Positions 17,288 through 26,652 of a stretch of DNA of 64,000 nt are shown here, one piece after another. Where the stretch lies: NCBI GenBank assembly GCA_964653635.1, contig CAZZGZ010000001.1, positions 9,986 to 73,985 of the forward strand. The letters are read 5' to 3'. Positions within the stretch are counted from its first letter, which is position 1. Each line of letters opens with the position of its first letter. The DNA is from an uncultured Lachnospiraceae bacterium (lineage in GTDB: Bacteria > Bacillota > Clostridia > Christensenellales > UBA1242). The translations under genes were made by a program, and so were the position numbers. Below the pieces are notes generated by a model. The model saw only the letters and a program-made list of their open reading frames with translations, ran no database searches and was not told where the DNA came from.

Positions 17288-18166
17288 TTAAACATCATTA
17301 AATTTACTTGCTTCTAATTTTGCAATTTCATCACATCTACCATTCAATTCAACATCTGCATGCCCTTTGACCTTGTGAAATGTAACAGTATGCTTTGAAA
17401 CTAAATTATCTAGTTCAATCCATAATTCTTTGTTTGCGATAGGCTTTCCTCCACTACTATAATAATCATTTAGTCTCCATTTGTCTATCCAACCCTCAAG
17501 AAAAGCATTGACAACATACGCACTATCACTGTAAATCTCTACAATGCTCGGTTTTTTTAAAGTACCAAGCCCTTTTATAACTGCCATGAGTTCCATTCGA
17601 TTGTTAGTGGTATCTTTCTCCCCTCCACTTACTATCTTTTCCTTACCTAGTGATTGTAGAATTGCACAATATCCGCCTCTTCCTGGGTTACCTGAACAAG
17701 CACCATCTGTATACAATATCACATCTTCGCCTGCATGAATTTCATGTTTATCCACCACTTTGCATTCAAGCTTTAAAATGGCTTCAACTTCATCAAGCGT
17801 TTTCTTATCATTATTGTAAGTATTGATTATTAATGCTTTATCATCTTTTTTTCTGGGATAAATGTGCATATGAAAGTGCATAATTGCCTGTCCTGCATCT
17901 TCATTGACATTTGATAAAATATTAACTCCAGTATATCCCTTTTTTAGAAGATTTTCACTTATTTTTTTTGCTACCTTTGTTACCGCACTCAAAAACTTAT
18001 CAGAACAAGACACAAAACTTGATGTATGCTCCTTTGGTACAACTAAAATATGACCATCTACATCGTTAGCAGTATCCAAAAACGCTAAAACAAAATCATC
18101 TTCATAAATCTTGTGACAAGGCAATTTGCCAGCAATTATGCCACAAAAAATACAATCGTTTTTCAT
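17288..18166 (-). CDS. Fusion protein: N-terminal HIT-family hydrolase plus C-terminal RNase HI
   Basis: 292-aa ORF. The HIT part is CIFCGIIAGKLPCHKIYEDD..GHILVVPKEH..HFHMHIYPR, with an intact histidine triad. The RNase HI part is ILYTDGACSGNPGRGGYCAIL..TTNNRMELMAVIKGL..IYSDSAYVV..KVKGHAD..NGRCDEIA, with the DEDD residues and His present. Confidence 0.85.
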   Translation of the reverse strand: MKNDCIFCGIIAGKLPCHKIYEDDFVLAFLDTANDVDGHILVVPKEHTSSFVSCSDKFLSAVTKVAKKISENLLKKGYTGVNILSNVNEDAGQAIMHFHMHIYPRKKDDKALIINTYNNDKKTLDEVEAILKLECKVVDKHEIHAGEDVILYTDGACSGNPGRGGYCAILQSLGKEKIVSGGEKDTTNNRMELMAVIKGLGTLKKPSIVEIYSDSAYVVNAFLEGWIDKWRLNDYYSSGGKPIANKELWIELDNLVSKHTVTFHKVKGHADVELNGRCDEIAKLEASKFNDV

Positions 18167-19047
18167 ACGATTTTCTCCTTTGAAATATATAAAATACCAA
18201 GAGTCCCTTCACCACAATGACTTGAAATAGTCGCTCCTGCAACTGTCACAAAAACATTTTCAAATATGTTTTTATTGATAACATACTCCTGCATTTGCAT
18301 AGCAAGTGTATTATCTGCGCAAGCATGGGTTATAAAGGCTATTTTAGAATTTGGTGGATATTTTTTGAGCATCTGATCAATGTATTTCTTATATACACTA
18401 ATTTGTGACCCCAAATATTTTGCCGTATTTATAATCTCCCCTTTAAGTAGTTGAAGTCTTGGCTTAATCCCTAAAATATTAGCACCATAATATTGCATTC
18501 GTGAACACCTGCCACCTTTGTATAAATAATCCATTTGAGTCACCACAAAAGAAGCTTGAACATATGGAACTGTTTTTAGAATTTCCTCATAAATTTCATC
18601 AGCAAAAAAACCTGCATTTCTTAGTTCACACGCTTTGAGTATTAAAAGACCTATGCCAGTTGACAATGATTTTGAATCAACGACAAAGATTCTATCTTTT
18701 GCAATTTCATCCCTTGCTTTGCATGCGTTACTATACGACACAGAAAGTTCTGAAGAAATACTAAAATAGATTATATAACTATTTGTTTTAAGGTGGTAAG
18801 AAAAAAATTTTTTAAAATCCTCAATACTCCTCGCTGCCGTTTTAGGAAGTATTTTCGTTTGTTCAGCATATTTATAAATATCTTTCGGAAATATACTTTC
18901 ACCATCCAAATAAGAATCTTCCCCAAGCGTTACTACAAGTGGCAAAATAGAAATATCATTTGCCTTTTTCTGTTCTTCACTTAAATCATTGCAACTATCT
19001 GCTAATATTTTAATTTTATTCATTTCTTTTTTAGTACTCAATATCAA
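18163..19047 (-). CDS. DegV-family fatty-acid-binding protein
   Basis: KILADSCNDLS..ISILPLVVTLGEDSYLDG.. and the overall length are typical of DegV. The start is uncertain: TTG 19041 is best spaced from SD AGGAG, with ATG 19023 as an alternative. Its stop overlaps the start of the HIT/RNase H gene. Confidence 0.75.
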   Translation of the reverse strand: MILSTKKEMNKIKILADSCNDLSEEQKKANDISILPLVVTLGEDSYLDGESIFPKDIYKYAEQTKILPKTAARSIEDFKKFFSYHLKTNSYIIYFSISSELSVSYSNACKARDEIAKDRIFVVDSKSLSTGIGLLILKACELRNAGFFADEIYEEILKTVPYVQASFVVTQMDYLYKGGRCSRMQYYGANILGIKPRLQLLKGEIINTAKYLGSQISVYKKYIDQMLKKYPPNSKIAFITHACADNTLAMQMQEYVINKNIFENVFVTVAGATISSHCGEGTLGILYISKEKIV

Positions 19048-19696
19048 CTCCTACTGCCTCTTCTACTGGCTTATCTTCACTTACTTTTGATTCACTTTTC
19101 ACTTCGGTTGTCTTGTTTTCAATACTTTGTGTCTTTTTTACCGCTTTGACTTTATGCTTTTTTCGAACCGAAGGCTTATAAATCTCATTTCGAAGTAATG
19201 TAAGAAACATAAATATTACAGCTCCGATAAGTGAACTTATAGTATTCAATAGTATGTCACTTAATTGAGGACTTCTCGAAATTGGCATGAAAAATTGAAG
19301 TAATTCAATTACTATACTAAATAACAATCCTAAATAAATAGCATTTAAAATTCTCTTATCCCCTCTTTTTTTACTAAGACAGTATATAAAACCACCAAAT
19401 GGAACCAACATTAAAATATTGATTATGAAATCCTCAAAGTTACTTGGAAATAAATCAAAAGAAAATTCTTTAGACATCCATTCTCCGCTAAAATCAAAAG
19501 ATATATCAATCATGTCAACATTAAATTGTACAGTAAGAATTGTAAGAAGAAGCGTTAAAACTACGTAGAATGCTAAGAAAACACTCATTATACGCCTCAA
19601 AATATAGTCATATTTTACAGATATGGCAAATAAAATTGGAACTGCCAAAAAAATCCCATACCAAATACCAAAGAATAAATACACATTAATGCTCAT
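19031..19696 (-). CDS. VanZ-like membrane protein
   Basis: 221-aa ORF with multiple TM segments and a VanZ-type motif IELLQFFMPISRSPQLSDILLNTISSLIG. The tail is K-rich. Confidence 0.65.
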   Translation of the reverse strand: MSINVYLFFGIWYGIFLAVPILFAISVKYDYILRRIMSVFLAFYVVLTLLLTILTVQFNVDMIDISFDFSGEWMSKEFSFDLFPSNFEDFIINILMLVPFGGFIYCLSKKRGDKRILNAIYLGLLFSIVIELLQFFMPISRSPQLSDILLNTISSLIGAVIFMFLTLLRNEIYKPSVRKKHKVKAVKKTQSIENKTTEVKSESKVSEDKPVEEAVGVDIEY

Positions 19697-19735
19697 ATTA
19701 CCACCACTATTATTATACTTTAAAAGTTTGTAAAA

Positions 19736-22204
19736 TTAAAACAATTTATCTATTTTTATTTTTTCTTTTTTAACACGGGTTACCTTTGCATTATTTTTGC
19801 CATAACCTTTATTCAGATATACATAAATGGATACCCAAACGATGCCTCCTACAACTAAGAGTGAAATTACTGCAATTATTAAATAAAACCACCACTTTGA
19901 AGTAATACGATTATCAGAAAACATAAGTTCGACAGTAGTGGAGTCATTTTTTAAAGCAGTTGCATCAAGCACAAAATTGTATACCTGTACATCCATGTCA
20001 TCTCCTGCTTCATAATTAAATATTTCAATATTTTCATCATCATTCAACTCATATGCCTTACGAATAGTAGAAAGAAGCCCTTTCACATCAAAATCAAAAT
20101 TTTTATTTACTCTAATATAAACATTATATGAACTTTCGCCTAGTTTAAACGACTCCATAGATGTTACATTTGAGTCCTCAGTGTCAGCTCCAACTCTTAC
20201 CTGACAAATACTTTCATCAAACTTGAAAGTAAATGACTTATATGCGTCCATGAAATAGGCATAAATAACTATATAGTTTTCTACATTGTCATAAGTTATA
20301 GCATTATCAGCATTGAGTAGTTCATCTTTACCAAACGTAAAAGTATAGGTAGAGCCAGTATCCTGTGCAAAGGATGTAAGCGAGCCGTCTTGATTTAAAA
20401 GCCTAAATTGATTTGGACTTAAAGCATAGTAAGTGCTTGGTTGTGCAGTTATAGTTATTACACTTCCGTAAATCATTCTCCTTATGGAATTACCAACTGA
20501 ATCCATGGCTTTAGAGCTTCCAAAATATTCACTTGTAGTATCTGTAATATCTTCATCATTGGAATTTTGCAATCGTGAAACTATAGCAAGGTTGTATGTT
20601 ACGTTTTCAAAGCCAAAATAGTATATCATATAATTGTCAGATGTTGTACTTTTATCTAATTTATAATTGGCAGTTAGTGCGTTATTTTCTATTGATAAGG
20701 TGTATTTACATGTTTTTTCAGTTCGTTCTTCTTTCAAATTTAAGTAATCGGATAATTTATTAACTTTCGTTGTTTCGCCTTCACTAACCCAATTATCGCT
20801 GGAAATTGAAATTTGCGATGACTCACTCAGCGTTGCAAGTCTATAATATAAAATGTTTGGCCTATAATACTTATAATTTTCAGACGATATGCTAAATGAT
20901 ATAGTAGTCACCTCTTCATATCGATAAGTAGCCGAAACCTTGATACTATTTTCCTCAATTAATCCACTTTCGTTAAACAGTGCTTGATCGTAACCTATTT
21001 CAAAATAAAGAGTACATTGAAGAACGGGTAAAGTTACACCACCACTTGTGACATTACTAAAAGTCGTATCAAAATCAAACCATAAAACAAGATCATCTTT
21101 GTTTATTCCTTCCTGTTCTGCATTGAGATTACCTAAATCAAAAATAGCATTTGACTTAACACTATAAACATCACTGCCGTCTTCATTATAATTTGAACTA
21201 TTTAAAACTTTCCCACACGCCAAATCACTTTTTGTATAGTCACATGAAAGATTTGAATTAGCGTATTGTACAAGTCCAAAAAGTCCCCCACTAAGGATAT
21301 TCATGTTTTCATCTGCTGAATCGAAAGCGGTAGTGATTTCGCTTAAACAATTCTTCACTTCACACCCCTCGCCGATAACAGCTCCAACGACACCCCCCTG
21401 ATAAAAATTACCAGTAGTCAAATTTTTACAATCAATTATAAAGGAAACTATGGAGATAACACGATAAACTTTGGATAAAGAAGTAAGTTGCCCCGCTATA
21501 GAGCCAACCATAGCAGAAAGAAGATTAGATCCTAAACTCAAGTTAATTTCACAGGAATAGTCTGCTCTTGAATGAGTAATAGGAGTCAACACACAATCTG
21601 AAACAGTGGATGCGTTAGTAATAGTCCCCGCAAGTAAACCTATATTTTTTGTCCCAGTGATTTCTGTATTTATACTTACATTTGAAGAAATTTGAATATT
21701 AGAAAACGTGCAATTATTTGCATATCCTGTCAAAATTCCAATGTCAGTGGCATCATCAACATTTATAAAAGATACATCTCCCTCTACACAGATATTTTCA
21801 AATGTCGCCCCACTAGAGTAGGCAAAAAAACCCACATGACTTAAATTACTTCCATTAAGTGTGAAATTTGCCATGGAATATCCATTACCATTGAAAGTAC
21901 CTACAAATGGCTCATCTTCATTACCAAGTGGAAACAAATTTATATTATTAAAATCTAATGTTTCCTGATCAGAAAGTGATATCAAAATAGTTGAACTTCT
22001 ATATTTATCCCATCCACTTTTTAATGTTGAATAAGCCATAGTCGTACCATCCACTATGAAGTAGATATCATTCTCGCTAGTAATTTCATTTACAGTAACA
22101 GCATCCGCATTTACACTGCTAAAATCAAAAAGACTTGTTGCATTACAAAATGAGCATGCAACTATTAATACTAAACTCAAAATCAGCCATTTGATTTTTT
22201 TCAT
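19736..22204 (-). CDS. Large secreted, C-terminally membrane-anchored surface protein with GLUG-like repeats
   Basis: The start is trimmed to ATG 22204 (SD GGAG, 6 nt). It has a signal peptide MKKIKWLILSLVLIVACSF. Repeated motifs include VGFFAYSSGATFENICVEG, IGLLAGTITNASTVSDCV, VGSIAGQLTS, GGVVGAVIGEGCEVKNC and GGLFGLVQYANSNLSC. A C-terminal TM WWFYLIIAVISLLVVGGIVWVSIYV is followed by a basic tail. Confidence 0.55.
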   Translation of the reverse strand: MKKIKWLILSLVLIVACSFCNATSLFDFSSVNADAVTVNEITSENDIYFIVDGTTMAYSTLKSGWDKYRSSTILISLSDQETLDFNNINLFPLGNEDEPFVGTFNGNGYSMANFTLNGSNLSHVGFFAYSSGATFENICVEGDVSFINVDDATDIGILTGYANNCTFSNIQISSNVSINTEITGTKNIGLLAGTITNASTVSDCVLTPITHSRADYSCEINLSLGSNLLSAMVGSIAGQLTSLSKVYRVISIVSFIIDCKNLTTGNFYQGGVVGAVIGEGCEVKNCLSEITTAFDSADENMNILSGGLFGLVQYANSNLSCDYTKSDLACGKVLNSSNYNEDGSDVYSVKSNAIFDLGNLNAEQEGINKDDLVLWFDFDTTFSNVTSGGVTLPVLQCTLYFEIGYDQALFNESGLIEENSIKVSATYRYEEVTTISFSISSENYKYYRPNILYYRLATLSESSQISISSDNWVSEGETTKVNKLSDYLNLKEERTEKTCKYTLSIENNALTANYKLDKSTTSDNYMIYYFGFENVTYNLAIVSRLQNSNDEDITDTTSEYFGSSKAMDSVGNSIRRMIYGSVITITAQPSTYYALSPNQFRLLNQDGSLTSFAQDTGSTYTFTFGKDELLNADNAITYDNVENYIVIYAYFMDAYKSFTFKFDESICQVRVGADTEDSNVTSMESFKLGESSYNVYIRVNKNFDFDVKGLLSTIRKAYELNDDENIEIFNYEAGDDMDVQVYNFVLDATALKNDSTTVELMFSDNRITSKWWFYLIIAVISLLVVGGIVWVSIYVYLNKGYGKNNAKVTRVKKEKIKIDKLF

Positions 22205-22310
22205 GAATTTCTCCAATTAATACAAATTATAGTATCTTCTATTTATTTTAATATATTATTTTCCTTTTTCAAAACAAAATTTAAACTTTGATGTAAAAAT
22301 AAAAATTTAT

Positions 22311-22345
22311 AAAAAAAATTACACATTTTTCGTAAAAAAATGTGT
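22311..22345 (-). terminator. Rho-independent terminator of the terminase gene
   Basis: ACACATTTTT (22321-22330) / AAAAATGTGT (22336-22345) form the stem, followed on the minus strand by AATTTTTTTT. Confidence 0.7.
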
Positions 22346-22349
22346 TTTA

Positions 22350-23765
22350 TTAAAAATTTCTAATATTTTTAGTCAATTTTTGTTTGTCCCTCATAACAAT
22401 GGATTTAGTACTTTTAGCTTTCTTGTCTGAATTTATACTCATTATGTAATATCTCAACTCGTCCAGAGCATGATCGTCTCGTTTTATGGGATTATCTCCC
22501 TCACTCCAAAAATATGATTTTATTTCTCGTATTAAATTCACACAATTTTTAAATATGAACAGCCTCCTTTTGCCTTCTGCATTTTTTATGTAAGACTTAA
22601 CCTTTGATATTCCACTGAACATGTCCTTATCCACTTTAGGATTGAGTAAAATACCTTGTTCATAAAAAAGGTCAACTACACTTTTAAGACTTGATAGAGT
22701 TCTTTGAGCTCCAGCTGAATCTATCAGTCCACAAAGCATTCCATTATGTCCATAATGCCAATTTAATGTCTTTGCTAACTTTTTAATCGCTTTAGCATGA
22801 TACTCTACATCTTTTTTTGCTTCAAAATGTTCTGCAATTACATAAACATTTCCATCGTAATCCCTTGCATAAAAGTGACAAGATAGAGGATTATTAAGTC
22901 CTGGATCTATTGAAAATGTTTCTTGCCAATCTTCTGGGACGTTGAAAGGCTCAATAACATTTTCATTTTCATCAAATTCAGGATAAACAAGTCCTCCATA
23001 GTCCATGAATTTACCATAACGTCTACTATCTAATTCTGTTTCACTAAGGTTTTGTGACATTTGAGCAATTTCGTCCTTTGATAAATAAGGATTATCTGAC
23101 CACTCCATGCAAAAATATGCAACCTCATCGTTATTATTCTCATTAAGATAAATTTCATTATACACCCATGTCAAGCCTTTTAGTGGTGTCATAGTGCCAA
23201 ATATTCTTCCCTTTCGATCTAAAACACGCATCAAACATTCTTGATAGATATCATATGGAGGTTCTTCATCAAACCATACAAAGTCAAGAGATACACCCTG
23301 AAACTTTTCACGTCCTTGATCACAACTTCTAAAACCTATTTTACTTTCACCACCAAAGATGTTCTCAATGACAATGAAATCTATAATTCCATACTCAGGA
23401 CTATCACTCTTACCAGAACACATAACAATTTCTTTGATCCACTCTTTTTTAAGATAATGCAAAATCTTATTTTGTGACACATCTCTTTGAACTTGTTTGG
23501 TAAGTGATACACACCAACCCGTAACACCATCTATATTTTCTATATAAGGATGTATCCCTCTTGCTAAATACACAACTTCCACAGCCCCACATTCAGTCTT
23601 TCCAGAACGATTTCCACCAAAAACCCATTTATTTCTTTTTTTACATTTATGAAATTCTACTTGTTTTTTATGTATAGGTTCTGCTTTATTGTAATTTTCA
23701 ATTACAGATAATGTTGAACTCTTTACGACTTTATTAGTTATATTTGAAAGATGATTGTATTGCAT
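22350..23765 (-). CDS. Phage terminase large subunit (TerL), apparently intact and orphan
   Basis: 471-aa ORF. It has Walker A GGNRSGKT, Walker B DFVWFDEE, a coupling motif GTMTP, and C-terminal RNase-H-like nuclease motifs SIDPG, IDSAG and DDHALDELRY. No portal, capsid or small-terminase ORFs are adjacent. Confidence 0.8.
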   Translation of the reverse strand: MQYNHLSNITNKVVKSSTLSVIENYNKAEPIHKKQVEFHKCKKRNKWVFGGNRSGKTECGAVEVVYLARGIHPYIENIDGVTGWCVSLTKQVQRDVSQNKILHYLKKEWIKEIVMCSGKSDSPEYGIIDFIVIENIFGGESKIGFRSCDQGREKFQGVSLDFVWFDEEPPYDIYQECLMRVLDRKGRIFGTMTPLKGLTWVYNEIYLNENNNDEVAYFCMEWSDNPYLSKDEIAQMSQNLSETELDSRRYGKFMDYGGLVYPEFDENENVIEPFNVPEDWQETFSIDPGLNNPLSCHFYARDYDGNVYVIAEHFEAKKDVEYHAKAIKKLAKTLNWHYGHNGMLCGLIDSAGAQRTLSSLKSVVDLFYEQGILLNPKVDKDMFSGISKVKSYIKNAEGKRRLFIFKNCVNLIREIKSYFWSEGDNPIKRDDHALDELRYYIMSINSDKKAKSTKSIVMRDKQKLTKNIRNF

Positions 23766-23853
23766 ATATATTTGCCACCTTTTTACAATTTATTAAATAT
23801 TAATACACAAGCCGACAAAATATTTTTAGAAAAAATATTTTCTCTAGTTTATA

Positions 23854-24699
23854 ATGAAAACTATGAAAAACATAAAAAAACTACAAAGTATCTTTATTAT
23901 TTTCATTTTTTTTGATATTTTTTTTGCTTTTAATTCATTATTAAATATTAAAAAACAATATGTGAAAGCTGAAAATTCACAGTATTACTACGCAAAAGTT
24001 GAAAAGGAAAATTGCTCATTTTTTAGTAATCCTGTTGACTTAGAAAGTTATGTTTTATTCACATTACCATACTCTTACTTTGTAAAACTCACTGATAAGG
24101 TGGATGATAATTTTTACAAAGCTTTGTATCAAGATATTTTAGGATACGTCAAAATTAGTGACTTTTGTGCTGTTGATGGTACGCCAAATAACGCATATTT
24201 TTATAAACAGATAAATGTCTATTGCAATTTCAATTTATACTCGTCACCTGATTCTACAAGCAATAATTTAGCAAGTATTAATAGTGAATCAACTATATAT
24301 TATATAGGTACAAAAGTCGGCGAGAACCTTTCTGGTACCTCAAATATATGGTATTATGTCAGCTATTTTGAAGGTCAAAATGTTTCCTTTGGATACATTT
24401 ATTCCTTGTTATGCAAAGCCTTCTACATCAGTACTAACGAGGAAACATTTAACAAAATAACGTATGATATTTTCGACAAAAATGAGCAAGTGGAAACTGA
24501 TGTAGAAAGTATGCCACTAATAAGCAAAATTCTTATTATAATCGGGATTACTATACCATGCCTTGCTATTTTATATCTTCTTATACGACCAAATCAAGTC
24601 ATCGAAAAAACCAAAACTATCAAAACAAAAGCTCATCAAGTCAAGACAAAAAAGCGACACTCATCTGACTATTTTGAATTTGATGAAAAAATGCTCTGA
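23854..24699 (+). CDS. Membrane protein with SH3b-like extracellular repeats
   Basis: 281-aa ORF with an N-terminal TM/signal segment. Two segments resemble bacterial SH3 (YYYAKVEKENCSFFSNP..YFVKL..GYVKISDF, and a second repeat). A C-terminal TM is followed by a K-rich tail. Confidence 0.45.
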   Translation: MKTMKNIKKLQSIFIIFIFFDIFFAFNSLLNIKKQYVKAENSQYYYAKVEKENCSFFSNPVDLESYVLFTLPYSYFVKLTDKVDDNFYKALYQDILGYVKISDFCAVDGTPNNAYFYKQINVYCNFNLYSSPDSTSNNLASINSESTIYYIGTKVGENLSGTSNIWYYVSYFEGQNVSFGYIYSLLCKAFYISTNEETFNKITYDIFDKNEQVETDVESMPLISKILIIIGITIPCLAILYLLIRPNQVIEKTKTIKTKAHQVKTKKRHSSDYFEFDEKML

Positions 24700-25190
24700 T
24701 GTGCTTTTTCGTAATTGATACTCTTTTCCAAAGTCTTTTCTGCGATATTTGATATCCAAGCTTCACCAGAAATCATATCTTGTAACTTGTAATCATTATA
24801 ACCAGTACTTTTTAAAACTTTTGCAAATGAATCAACTGCGTTTTCAATTCTTCTAAAAGCAGTCCTTTCACTACAACTAGATAGTGACATTATCTCATTT
24901 ACTTTTTTCCCTTCTATAAACCTTTGACATAATAAAGAAAAATCATCATCGCTCACTTTTGCAAGCATTTCTTCAATTAAAACTTTTAAATTTATAATTT
25001 TTACCTTTCTTTCTGAAAGTTCGATAATTCTGTTCGAAACACTCATTGACGAGTTATGTATCAACATCTCAAAGGTAACACACCTAGAACCTAGTGCTTC
25101 CTTTGTTATTATATTATCAATTTTATCAGCAATTCTTTCTAAGTAATTATAAGACATTAGAAGAGTTTTTGCCATGATATTATTTTTCAT
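24669..25190 (-). CDS. Small regulator with a sigma-70 region-4-like HTH (phage late-regulator-like)
   Basis: 173-aa ORF with SD AAGGAG. The segment FIEGKKVNEIMSLSSCSERTAFRRIENAVDSF resembles region 4 / ArpU-RinA-DUF1492-type HTH. Its 3' end overlaps the convergent SH3b gene by 31 nt. Confidence 0.35.
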   Translation of the reverse strand: MKNNIMAKTLLMSYNYLERIADKIDNIITKEALGSRCVTFEMLIHNSSMSVSNRIIELSERKVKIINLKVLIEEMLAKVSDDDFSLLCQRFIEGKKVNEIMSLSSCSERTAFRRIENAVDSFAKVLKSTGYNDYKLQDMISGEAWISNIAEKTLEKSINYEKAHQSIFSSNSK

Positions 25191-25576
25191 ACCAATCTCC
25201 TTTTTTTATCATATAATAATTATAAAATCGGAAATTGTTGATAGTCAATTTTTCATGTCAAAATTTTGATAAGTTTTTTATAAATTTGAACAAATAAAAC
25301 GAATTTTGACGCCACTGTGACGATTTTTAGTGCCAAATTGACACCTTTTTCAACATAATTCGACTAATTTTGTATATAAACTCACTATCGCTTCACATTT
25401 CAAGATATGTAAAAAAATGTCACTTCAAATGAAGTAAATCCAAAATTAGATACCAATTTTTTATCAATTTTCATAAAAAATTTATTTCAAAGAAATAAAT
25501 TTAATCATTAAGTTTTAAATGATAATATGCTTTATTAACATGAAGATACTCAGATTATGCGCTATTATAAAAAATC

Positions 25577-25607
25577 AAAAAAACTCTTATGGTAATATCC
25601 ATAAGAG
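25577..25607 (-). terminator. Rho-independent terminator of the unknown-rarA-acyltransferase-like operon
   Basis: CTCTTATGG (25584-25592) / CCATAAGAG (25599-25607) form the stem, followed on the minus strand by T7. Confidence 0.75.
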
Positions 25608-25674
25608 GTCATTTTTAAAATAAGTTACTAGAAAAAACAAAAAGTTATTTCCCTATCTATAAAACTTTAAATAT

Positions 25675-26652
25675 TTATGCTACTTTTACCTTTCTAGCCT
25701 TTTTTAATGCCTTTTTTTCTTCTTTCATTTTCAACTTAGCCTGAAATTTTTGCTCTTTTGCTAAACTTTTTTTGTACTTTTTATTGAATTTTTTAGACAT
25801 TACAATTTCACGTTCGACAGGTCTTTCAAGCATCAAATTTGGATTACCTAAAAGCGTATTCCAAAAACGCAAAGTATTAGAATAATACATTCCATCACAC
25901 ACCCTTTCATCAAGGCTCATGCCAATATCTACAATCTTTGAAGTCTTAATCTGTCCTAACCTATCTGATGTTGGTCTATATTCTTCTTTTGGCAATGTGG
26001 CAAACATAGTAGTAGTACCAAAATTATATAGATGATGATGCAGTCTTCCAAGTTTTATGGACTTAAGATTCGATACGAACATACTAGTATGAAATGGGCT
26101 TGCTTCAAGTATCGACCTTGAAAGCATACCATGATTATCCAAGAAGTTAAGCAATCTTATCGCTAGCCTAAATAACCAATTAGGAAGATAACATAAGACT
26201 CCTGCCGTATTGACAGTACTTTGATCAATTTTTTCACATTTGCAGTGTTTTGAAATTTCTGTATCAATAATCTCTTTAATTTCTGGCAATGTTTCCGTTC
26301 CCTTGAAATGAAACTTTAATGTCATTTCCTCACCATCATCATCAAGAGAGCGTTTAACTGCCATTGATATGCAAATATCATTCCTCTGAAACATGACACA
26401 ACGTTTTATAAAACGATTAATTTTGGGTCTTTCGTAAATTGTTCTAACAGCAGAAGCGATAAAGATATCATTATATGTGTAATGTATCCCATTTGCACGT
26501 TGCTCTTTTATAAATCTATCAATAGCTTCACAATCCACAGAATTTGTGTATAAATTAACTGCATCAATTCTCATAGGCATGAAATAAGCGGTTGCTTTTT
26601 CTATTATCCCCATATCCTTTATCTCGACACCATCACATCTTCTTCCAAACAT
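25675..26652 (-). CDS. 2-oxoacid dehydrogenase E2 / CAT-like acyltransferase catalytic-domain protein with a Lys-rich tail
   Basis: 325-aa ORF. The C-terminal block GMSLDERVCDGMYYSNTLRFWNTLLGNP parallels the E2 motif s.DHRv.DGa..a.Fl..l...le.P, with Glu where the catalytic His is expected. The tail is KKFNKKYKKSLAKEQKFQAKLKMKEEKKALKKARK. Confidence 0.5.
   Translation of the reverse strand: MFGRRCDGVEIKDMGIIEKATAYFMPMRIDAVNLYTNSVDCEAIDRFIKEQRANGIHYTYNDIFIASAVRTIYERPKINRFIKRCVMFQRNDICISMAVKRSLDDDGEEMTLKFHFKGTETLPEIKEIIDTEISKHCKCEKIDQSTVNTAGVLCYLPNWLFRLAIRLLNFLDNHGMLSRSILEASPFHTSMFVSNLKSIKLGRLHHHLYNFGTTTMFATLPKEEYRPTSDRLGQIKTSKIVDIGMSLDERVCDGMYYSNTLRFWNTLLGNPNLMLERPVEREIVMSKKFNKKYKKSLAKEQKFQAKLKMKEEKKALKKARKVKVA

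Noticed and set aside
19736-25674. Intact prophage or integrative element
   Set aside because: Only a terminase large subunit and a possible late-regulator-like gene are phage-like. No integrase, portal, capsid, tail or lysis genes and no att-like direct repeats were seen. I treat it as a remnant or accessory patch instead.
25191-25674. CRISPR array or tandem repeat in the long AT-rich gap
   Set aside because: The recurring elements are short (5-12 bp) TTGAC-type boxes at irregular spacing on both strands. There are no 25-40-bp direct repeats with uniform spacers and no cas genes.
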